Positions 18,006 through 24,259 of a stretch of DNA of 24,259 nt are shown one piece after another (the stretch's first letter is position 1; every line of letters begins with the position of its first letter). A program made the position numbers and the translations under genes. Source of the stretch: a virus (lineage: Duplodnaviria > Caudoviricetes); the IMG/VR virus record IMGVR_UViG_3300049595_001276, positions 1-24,259 of that record, one strand, 5' to 3'. The notes beneath the pieces were generated by a model, which ran no database searches, was not told the origin of the DNA, and saw only the letters and a list, made by a program, of their open reading frames with translations.

Positions 18006-18773
18006 ATGGAAAAGCTTACTGCTGAAGAATATCGCCAAATGGCTCGTGGTCAGGCTCAGGAGCGTGAGGATTCGTTCGATCGGTGTGATACCGATGGATT
18101 CCTTTCTCAATGGGCTTCGGGTCTCCACTCTTCTCTCTATCAAACTCTGGCCGAATTAGCCGAAGCTGGTTGGGTTTCTGAATTTCCTGGACTCTTCGAC
18201 GCCAAGACTGGCAAGCGTGTTCCTGCGAAGATTATCTATGTCAAAGATCGATTCTCATATAATGGTGCTATGTATCTGAAGGCGCTATGGGCGATTGTAG
18301 ATCCGAAGACCGACAAATTCACTGGTGTTTTCCTTCCGGTTGGTGAGAAATCCCGAAAGCAGAAGCAGCTTGGTTTCATTCAGAAGACTGAGATTGCTCC
18401 GGCTTATGCTAAGATCGACGGTCGTGGATATGGACTCTCTGGTTCTGCTTGGGTTTCGACTTATCGCACGGATGGTGGATATCCGAAAGAGATGCGACAG
18501 GTGATGACACGTGATGAAGTCGTCGAGGAAATTATCCAGAACAAGCCGGGAAAGGTTGAGTTGATTACGACGACCAACAAAGTTTCTAACAGCGGAAAGA
18601 ATTACATTCGAGTATTCATGAAGAATGGATCTTGTGATATGTATCTTGATGTCTATGGCCCGAAGTTCATTCTTGGTCGTTGCCAGATTGATCTTTATGG
18701 TCGTCCTGTCTTCAACTCTGTTAAAGATGCTATTGATTATGTGAATCGAATTAATCCGGAGGCGAATCGGTAA
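18006..18773 (+). CDS. Hypothetical phage protein, possibly two-domain
   Basis: 255-aa ORF with DSFDRCDTDGFLSQWASG segment. Confidence 0.75.
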   Translation: MEKLTAEEYRQMARGQAQEREDSFDRCDTDGFLSQWASGLHSSLYQTLAELAEAGWVSEFPGLFDAKTGKRVPAKIIYVKDRFSYNGAMYLKALWAIVDPKTDKFTGVFLPVGEKSRKQKQLGFIQKTEIAPAYAKIDGRGYGLSGSAWVSTYRTDGGYPKEMRQVMTRDEVVEEIIQNKPGKVELITTTNKVSNSGKNYIRVFMKNGSCDMYLDVYGPKFILGRCQIDLYGRPVFNSVKDAIDYVNRINPEANR

Positions 18774-18814
18774 GCGCAGTTATTTCTAACTCGTATCTGA
18801 TGGGTGAAAAGTAA

Positions 18815-18913
18815 ATGAATTTATATGAATTGATTTATAATTCTTTTGTAGTATTGTGCTGGATGATTGGAATATGTACAGTGCTTACAGGAAAGTGGCC
18901 TTGGTCGAAATAA
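18815..18913 (+). CDS. 32-aa membrane peptide (MNLYELIYNSFVVLCWMIGICTVLTGKWPWSK)
   Basis: Fills the gap; stop 1 nt before ATG 18915; absent from the ORF track. Confidence 0.5.
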   Translation: MNLYELIYNSFVVLCWMIGICTVLTGKWPWSK

Positions 18914-18914
18914 T

Positions 18915-19340
18915 ATGAATCAAATCACATACGAATGGTTTTGGAAACGGGCAAATAAAAAACACTTTCTTGTATTAACTAAAGATGGAAAGAAGATTGC
19001 AAGTGTGAGAGATTATCTATTCACACCACAATGTGATTGTGGTCCGGATCATAACTGTTATGGACCAACTAGAACAGAACTAGAATACCATCATGGTCCT
19101 GGTTACCACGCTTATATTGGTGGGAAAAAGATCGGCCAATTCTTAACATCTACGGAAGCAAAGATTGCAGTAGAACAATATCTAAATATATCAACAAAAA
19201 AACGGAAAACGATTCAACCTGAAATATCATATACAAAAGGATCTGGTTCTGGTACGAAGATCAGAAAATATATCGAACGAAATGGCATCTGTGTTGCTAT
19301 AAAGAAATTTGGCATTCAAGAAGTCAAAAAATATTGGTAG
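18915..19340 (+). CDS. Hypothetical basic protein with Cys/His cluster
   Basis: ATG 18915 preferred over TTG 18867; QCDCGPDHNC. Confidence 0.65.
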   Translation: MNQITYEWFWKRANKKHFLVLTKDGKKIASVRDYLFTPQCDCGPDHNCYGPTRTELEYHHGPGYHAYIGGKKIGQFLTSTEAKIAVEQYLNISTKKRKTIQPEISYTKGSGSGTKIRKYIERNGICVAIKKFGIQEVKKYW

Positions 19341-19462
19341 AAATAAATAATATTATTGAAACTTTTCGGTTTTTTCGTCGTTATAATTTTGGTGTCAAGA
19401 TTAATTTCATTTTCTATCGTGAATTTAATTGAATATTCAACTCATTGGAAAAATGACAAATA

Positions 19463-19490
19463 TTGATTGAAACAATACATAAGGTATAAT
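19463..19490 (+). promoter_or_regulatory. sigma70-type promoter, leaderless
   Basis: TTGATT-16 bp-TATAAT; ATG 6 nt downstream. Confidence 0.7.
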
Positions 19491-19496
19491 TAAAGT

Positions 19497-19844
19497 ATGA
19501 ATAATTATGATATTGGAAAACTTAAAAGTAAATATGTGAGTGATATACATGAGATTTCATTAGGTGGTAGTCTTCTAGACTTAATTGCAGATCTGAACAA
19601 TTTCAAAGAGTATTGTGCTTCTGAAAATATTCCAATAACCAGCGACAAAGTGTCTTATCGTCTTGATGACTATGAATATCATGATGCTATCATAATCAAT
19701 TTCGAAAGACTAAAAACACAATTTGAATTGGATCAAGATAAGAAAATTTTAGATAAAATTAGCAAAACCAAAAAAGAAGCCAATATTAAACATAAAGAAG
19801 AAAGAAGGATCCTTTATGAGAAACTCAAAAAGGAATTCGAATAA
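19497..19844 (+). CDS. Hypothetical protein
   Basis: 115 aa with charged C-terminal helix (LYEKLKKEFE). Confidence 0.7.
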   Translation: MNNYDIGKLKSKYVSDIHEISLGGSLLDLIADLNNFKEYCASENIPITSDKVSYRLDDYEYHDAIIINFERLKTQFELDQDKKILDKISKTKKEANIKHKEERRILYEKLKKEFE

Positions 19845-20044
19845 TGAATAAATTTTTTGTTATTACATGTATTCTTTTTACTTCTTGTATGAGTGAAAAA
19901 GAAATGAAAGAACTTCGTAAAGAACTAGAAAAACCATATTCCCGGTGTCGGGAATATGGTGGTCTTCCCAAGAAACATATCCATTGTTCAATGGATGTTC
20001 CAGAATGTTATGCTGGTTGTGATTTCCCATGCAAGGGGAATTGA
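19844..20044 (+). CDS. Putative small Cys-rich lipoprotein
   Basis: MNK + hydrophobic core + lipobox-like FTSC; TAATG coupling with the upstream gene. Confidence 0.6.
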   Translation: MNKFFVITCILFTSCMSEKEMKELRKELEKPYSRCREYGGLPKKHIHCSMDVPECYAGCDFPCKGN

Positions 20045-20068
20045 CAATCACCAAAAATAAGTTATAAT
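20041..20068 (+). promoter_or_regulatory. sigma70-type promoter
   Basis: TTGACA-16 bp-TATAAT. Confidence 0.75.
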
Positions 20069-20084
20069 ATAATTGTGGTGAGAA

Positions 20085-20237
20085 ATGACAACAACTGAAA
20101 TTTTGATGAAAATTTATCCAGAATTAAACGAAGATGAAGGTTGGTTGTATGGAGCATATGGCTACCAGCCTATGATTGATTCTTTTGGAGAAGTCGTCAA
20201 GCAAGTAGAACAACGATATCCTTGGGATAGGGATTAA
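20085..20237 (+). CDS. 50-aa hypothetical protein (MTTTEILMKIYPELNEDEGWLYG...)
   Basis: Fills the gap after the promoter; stop 1 nt before ATG 20239; absent from the ORF track. Confidence 0.55.
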   Translation: MTTTEILMKIYPELNEDEGWLYGAYGYQPMIDSFGEVVKQVEQRYPWDRD

Positions 20238-20238
20238 T

Positions 20239-20634
20239 ATGTCAAAACCTTGGATTCATGCATTATCTTCTGCTAGAAAGTTTGGTGGTGTTCCGGAAGA
20301 TTATTTGGATATCCACCAACTGATGGATTCTTCAAAGGGTGTGATGTCTGATAATCGCCATCGTGCATTAACTCATAACTCTTGGTTTCTCTCAACTATC
20401 TTAGAAAAGATATTTGGAGTGAACATTAAGAATTCTGATGGTCGTGATGTATCTGTCAGGGATGTTGGTGAACAACATATCCTAGAGGATTTTGGTAATC
20501 GCTATATCCCAAATGCTTCTGATTATTTGGAAGAAATGGAATACAGGTCTTGGATGAATGCTGGCAAAGACACAGTCCCTTCTTCTCACAAGAAAATTAC
20601 AAAAACTGTAACAAATAAAATGAGGATTGATTAA
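20239..20634 (+). CDS. DUF6915-like protein
   Basis: PWIHALSSARKFGG.PEDY..IH..MDSSK, RHRALTH, VRDVGEQHILED. Confidence 0.75.
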   Translation: MSKPWIHALSSARKFGGVPEDYLDIHQLMDSSKGVMSDNRHRALTHNSWFLSTILEKIFGVNIKNSDGRDVSVRDVGEQHILEDFGNRYIPNASDYLEEMEYRSWMNAGKDTVPSSHKKITKTVTNKMRID

Positions 20635-20635
20635 T

Positions 20636-21100
20636 ATGGATAAGAATGTATTTATTGAAAAGATTGCTGAATTCAAGAGGATTCAAGCAGAACACAAGAA
20701 GATGATGAGTGAGAATGCAAAGAATATTTTCAGTGATATTTCGAAAGGAATTTTCGAAAAGAATCCTAGTTTAAACTCATTCGCATGGTCTCAGTATACT
20801 CCTTATTTTAATGATGGAGAAAGTTGTACATTCTCAGTTAATCGAGATTATTATAAGATTAATGGATCTGAAGAAACATGTGATGATTGGTCGTTAAATC
20901 ATGAAAAATACAGTCAAGAAATGGATCTAACAGATTATGGTTTCGAGACTTTGGATCAATTACGAGCAGCATATACTGACATTAATGAATTAATAGACAT
21001 GTTTGACGACGACGATCTTGAAGGTATGTTTGGTGACCATGTTGAAATTGTTGTATTTCGTGATGGTCGAATTGAAATTGATTATTACTCCCACGACTAG
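20636..21100 (+). CDS. Acidic phage protein of unknown function
   Basis: WSQYTPYFNDGESCTF and MFGDHVEI motifs; ATG 20636 lies 1 nt after the upstream stop. Confidence 0.75.
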   Translation: MDKNVFIEKIAEFKRIQAEHKKMMSENAKNIFSDISKGIFEKNPSLNSFAWSQYTPYFNDGESCTFSVNRDYYKINGSEETCDDWSLNHEKYSQEMDLTDYGFETLDQLRAAYTDINELIDMFDDDDLEGMFGDHVEIVVFRDGRIEIDYYSHD

Positions 21101-21271
21101 GGGAATTGATTTATGTTGAAGAAGTCAAATATTAGAAAAATTATTTACTCGGTGAAATCCGACATAGAGATATTGGATATGTGTTGTTTCTGGCCAGTAT
21201 GTAGGATAAGGTCCACAGTAAACATATCCTAAAGATCGCTAGCCACGATTTTGGAACAACTATATATCCAA

Positions 21272-21279
21272 TATAAATA
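21272..21279 (+). promoter_or_regulatory. T4-type late promoter driving the tmRNA
   Basis: Exact TATAAATA; predicted start near 21285 matches the beginning of the helix-2 strand ATTGAGT. Confidence 0.75.
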
Positions 21280-21531
21280 TTCATATTGAGTGATGATCTA
21301 GACTGAAAGCTTCTTGGACGTGGGAGGCAGAGCCCACCACCTCCACCAAAAGCGCATTGTGAGGAGCTAGTTGCATGGCAAATTCGAACAAAGTGCAACC
21401 CAAGATATAATAGTGTACATAAAAATCTTGAGCAGTGCGTTTTTGATGGGGGTGAAACAGATTCGACAGGATGAACTAGGAACAGGGAACTCAGTCGGAA
21501 GATGACTCCCGTAACAGCATAAACTATAAAC

Positions 21532-21564
21532 GGCAATGCAAAAGCAATGTCCATGTCTGCCTAG
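21532..21564 (+). other. tmRNA tag reading frame (A)GNAKAMSMSA*
   Basis: Resume context ATAAAC-GGC-AAT; stop embedded in hairpin GTCTGCCTA-GAAA-TAGGTAGAC. Confidence 0.8.
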
Positions 21565-21619
21565 AAATAGGTAGACTGGGTTTTTCGAGATTTCTCCTGG
21601 AAACAGAATAAAATCTCAT

Positions 21620-21645
21620 AACCTCACGCAAGTGAGGTTTTTTTT
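21620..21645 (+). terminator. Rho-independent terminator ending the tmRNA precursor
   Basis: AACCTCAC-GCAA-GTGAGGTT-TTTTTT. Confidence 0.9.
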
Positions 21646-21682
21646 GCGCATATCAATAAATAGATCCAGGAGGATCATACTG

Positions 21683-22702
21683 ATGATCTTAAACTCTAAA
21701 AGCCTTTCCGGAAAAGCGAAAGAACTAGAAGATAAATTAAATGCAGTTGTTATCGGTCAAGAAGAAGCTATTAAAGAATTAACCATAACAACACAGAAAT
21801 TCTTCAATGGTCTATCTGATCCAAAAAGACCTATCACATCTCTTTTCTTTGCAGGAAAGACTGGTTGTGGAAAAACGAAGGCCGCAGAAGAGTTAGCTAA
21901 ATTTTTCGGTGTTGAGAAATTCTTGAAGGTTAATTGTGGAGAATTTCAACAATCACACGAGATCTCTAAGTTAATTGGTTCTCCTCCAGGATATATCGGT
22001 CACTCAGAAACAAAAGCTTTCTTCAACAAGAAGGATGTAGAAGAAACTGTTCCGAACATAATTTTATTTGATGAAGTGGAGAAGGCAACTGATTCTCTAT
22101 TCCATCTGCTATTGTCTATTCTAGATAAGGGTGAGATTAAGTTAGGTAACAATGATGTGGTGAATTTCAGAAATTGTTTCATTATCTTTACATCGAATAT
22201 CGGCGTTGAGGAAGTTGCAAAAAGATCAAAATCAATTGGTTTCATAGAAGACAAGATAAACAATAGTGACGAGATCGATCTATTGAATAAATCCATGAAA
22301 GCTAAGTTTCGCCCAGAATTCATGAATAGAATTGAATCTGTTATAAAGTTCAACACACTCAACACAGATAACATGAAGAAAATTCTGGAATTAGAATTAT
22401 CTCAAATTCAATATAGAATTATGTCTTCTAAACTGAATAAGAAGAAAGTCTTTTTCGTGATGTCTGATGATACTAAGACTAAACTGATTGAAGAAGGTTT
22501 TTCAGAAGAATATGGGGCGAGAAATTTAAAGAGAGTTATTTCTAAAAAGATAGAAATCCCTCTCTCATGTGTGCTTGCGGACGATAGATTAGAATCTGGT
22601 GATATTATCGAAATTAAGACTGCAGTTGGCGAAGAAGATTTGATCTTCGAAAAGGCGAAGATCAAAAGAGCGAAAACTAAGACACTTACACTAGATATCT
22701 AA
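21683..22702 (+). CDS. Single-module Clp/Hsp100 AAA+ ATPase (ClpA/B/C D2-like) with IGF loop
   Basis: GKTGCGKT, pore loop GSPPGYIG, FDEVEKA, FTSN, KSIGF, FRPEFMNRI, YGARNL; AGGAGG SD and AATAAATA box favour ATG 21683. Confidence 0.9.
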   Translation: MILNSKSLSGKAKELEDKLNAVVIGQEEAIKELTITTQKFFNGLSDPKRPITSLFFAGKTGCGKTKAAEELAKFFGVEKFLKVNCGEFQQSHEISKLIGSPPGYIGHSETKAFFNKKDVEETVPNIILFDEVEKATDSLFHLLLSILDKGEIKLGNNDVVNFRNCFIIFTSNIGVEEVAKRSKSIGFIEDKINNSDEIDLLNKSMKAKFRPEFMNRIESVIKFNTLNTDNMKKILELELSQIQYRIMSSKLNKKKVFFVMSDDTKTKLIEEGFSEEYGARNLKRVISKKIEIPLSCVLADDRLESGDIIEIKTAVGEEDLIFEKAKIKRAKTKTLTLDI

Positions 22703-24259
22703 TCGACATTAATCTTAGTGAATCCATTTACTTTCACGAATCTCAATACTCGTTCAAACTTATCTGCTAAGAACTCAGTCTTGTGAGAAATAACGAAAGT
22801 GTTTGTTTTCTCTTTATCGGAAGCCAAGATTTTCAAGAATTCATCGATACCAAGCGCATCTAATGATGAGTCTAAAATTTCATCTAATATCAATAGATTC
22901 GTATTCGCTGCATTCTTCATCTTGGCTATTTCTCTCCAAGTGAACAGAATAGCAAGATCGATTCTTAGTTTCTCGCCTTCAGAAAAAGAGTGATAGGTAA
23001 ACGACTCTTTTGATTTATTCTTGATGACTTCATCGAAGTTTTCATCTAGTGTGAAGTTTACATAAAAATCCATTAATTGAAGATACTTGTTAATGATCTT
23101 ATTCATCATAGGAAGATAGTGACGAATAATCTTAGTCTTGATTCCATCATCTTTCAATAGGATCGAAGCAATAGATTGTAGATGCTGTCTATTCAAGAGA
23201 TCATCTCTCTCTTCAGTATAGATCTCTAATTCCTTCTTAATCTGAGTAGAATCTTCTTGAATCTTTCTTAGATCTTCTTGTTTCTTGCTATGGAGATCGG
23301 TAACTTGTTTCGACAATTTAGATAGATATTTCTGAATAGAATCTATCTCAAATTCTTTCTGTGTGATCTCACTCTTTCTAGATTTAATAATATCGAGACT
23401 CACATTGATAACATCAATCTCTTTCGAAATATTAGTTATCTCTGTTGAACAAGAATCTAAAGCTGTTGTGTATTTCTTAAGATCTTTGTTTCTGTCTTCA
23501 ATTGTTTGTGTTTTGAATGATTCTGGAATAGATTGTGTGCATGTTGGACAAGAATCATTAGTGTCAAAGAACTTAATCTCTTTTGTAAGAGTCTTAGTCT
23601 TCTCTTTGAACGTCGCCGAATATTGAGTTAGTTGAGACAACTTAGTATTCAGATTAGATAATTTAGAATCATTGACAATGATGTCTTGAATCTCATTTTG
23701 AATAGATTTGACAGTGACTTCTTTTGTAATCAGTTGTAGTGTATTTCTCTGAATCTCTTTCTCAATTTCTGAGATTTGAGCGTCTAGATTTGATGAAGAA
23801 TCAGATAGTATATTCGAATGAATCTTAATCTTCTCTTTCGTTAGATCTAGTTTATACGATGTATTCGTCAGATCTTCTTTTGTTTTGGAAACTTTAGATT
23901 TAAGTAAAACATTCATCTTAGAAAAGATATCTATATCTAATAGATTCTCTACGATATTTCTTCTATCCACCGGAGACAACTTCATGAACGGCATATAAGT
24001 TGCATTCCCAATCACAACAATTTGTGTGAATGACTTATAATTCATCTTCAAAATATTAGTTTCAAGGAACTCTTGATAATCTTTTGTGAGAGCATCTTGA
24101 TTTAAGAGTTTCTGATTTTCGTAGATTTCAAAGACATTAGGTTTCATACCACGTCTGACTAGATATGAATCAGAATTAATAGTGAATGTGACCTCAACAA
24201 GAAGATCTGAATTATTCGTTGTATTGATTAATTGTGGTTTATTGACTTTTCTGAATGGT
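22699..24259 (-). CDS. 46: T4 gp46-like SbcC/Rad50 recombination ATPase, 5'-truncated by window edge
   Basis: Frame open to the window edge (PFRKVNKPQLIN...); CPTC Zn hook, FSEGEK signature, LILDE Walker B, ISH. Confidence 0.95.
   Translation of the reverse strand, partial: PFRKVNKPQLINTTNNSDLLVEVTFTINSDSYLVRRGMKPNVFEIYENQKLLNQDALTKDYQEFLETNILKMNYKSFTQIVVIGNATYMPFMKLSPVDRRNIVENLLDIDIFSKMNVLLKSKVSKTKEDLTNTSYKLDLTKEKIKIHSNILSDSSSNLDAQISEIEKEIQRNTLQLITKEVTVKSIQNEIQDIIVNDSKLSNLNTKLSQLTQYSATFKEKTKTLTKEIKFFDTNDSCPTCTQSIPESFKTQTIEDRNKDLKKYTTALDSCSTEITNISKEIDVINVSLDIIKSRKSEITQKEFEIDSIQKYLSKLSKQVTDLHSKKQEDLRKIQEDSTQIKKELEIYTEERDDLLNRQHLQSIASILLKDDGIKTKIIRHYLPMMNKIINKYLQLMDFYVNFTLDENFDEVIKNKSKESFTYHSFSEGEKLRIDLAILFTWREIAKMKNAANTNLLILDEILDSSLDALGIDEFLKILASDKEKTNTFVISHKTEFLADKFERVLRFVKVNGFTKINVD

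Larger units (their letters stand above)
21285..21645 (+). ncRNA. ssrA: Circularly permuted (two-piece) tmRNA: acceptor piece about 21285-21348, intervening segment 21349-21447, coding piece from 21448
   Basis: 3' end GAC-GTGGG-AGGCAGAG-CCCAC-CACCTCC-ACCA precedes 5' end GGGGGTGAAACAGATTCGAC; 7-bp acceptor stem with G3:U70; helix-2 pairings CAGGA/TCTTG, CTAGG/TCTAG, ACTCAGT/ATTGAGT; tag ORF after ATAAAC. Confidence 0.92.

Noticed and set aside
21317-21348. Stand-alone tRNA-Ala
   Set aside because: No anticodon arm or upstream 5' acceptor strand; the partner strand is downstream, as in a permuted tmRNA
21383-21411. sigma70 promoter inside the tmRNA intervening segment (TTCGAA-17 bp-TATAAT)
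   Set aside because: Weak -35 match; the region is already explained by RNA structure and the mini-ORF, though it cannot be excluded
21141-21554. 137-aa minus-strand ORF
   Set aside because: Antisense to the tmRNA; no recognisable motifs; better explained by the RNA gene
21632-21682. N-terminal extension of the Clp ATPase from GTG 21632
   Set aside because: Start lies inside the terminator hairpin; the AGGAGG SD supports ATG 21683
131-23626. Many short antisense or overlapping track ORFs (e.g. 2810-3181, 12634-13161, 14054-14389, 22000-22374, 23363-23626)
   Set aside because: Shadow frames of well-supported genes, with no motifs or initiation signals
1-24259. Stop-codon reassignment
   Set aside because: Core genes are full length in code 11, and TAA, TAG and TGA all end genes at plausible positions
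1-24259. Apparent abundance of TCTAGA/AGATCT/GATC palindromes
   Set aside because: Cannot be quantified by eye and is plausibly due to TCT/CTA/AGA/GAT codon usage

Overview
AT-rich fragment of a large T4-like myophage genome, standard genetic code. The + strand carries a partial metallophosphoesterase, a PseT-type polynucleotide kinase/phosphatase, a small membrane-protein cluster, dUTPase, GMP reductase, a putative virion fibre protein, Hsp20, thioredoxin, a GH19 lytic enzyme, an LpxH-like phosphoesterase and the gp43 polymerase-uvsX-(gp40 position)-gp41 helicase core. A divergent block of early-type genes includes an Rnl1-type RNA ligase and is split by a cluster of four IHF-like inverted repeats. 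A partial gp46 lies on the - strand at the right end. The most notable element is at about 21270-22702: a circularly permuted (two-piece) tmRNA gene behind a T4-type late promoter. It has a non-canonical tag (A)GNAKAMSMSA and a structured intervening segment containing an SD-led mini-ORF. It is directly followed by a single-domain Clp-family AAA+ ATPase with an IGF ClpP-docking loop, suggesting a phage ribosome-rescue and proteolysis module. Many genes appear to be transcribed as leaderless mRNAs from sigma70-type promoters. All calls come from motif reading by eye; no database searches or folding programs were run.
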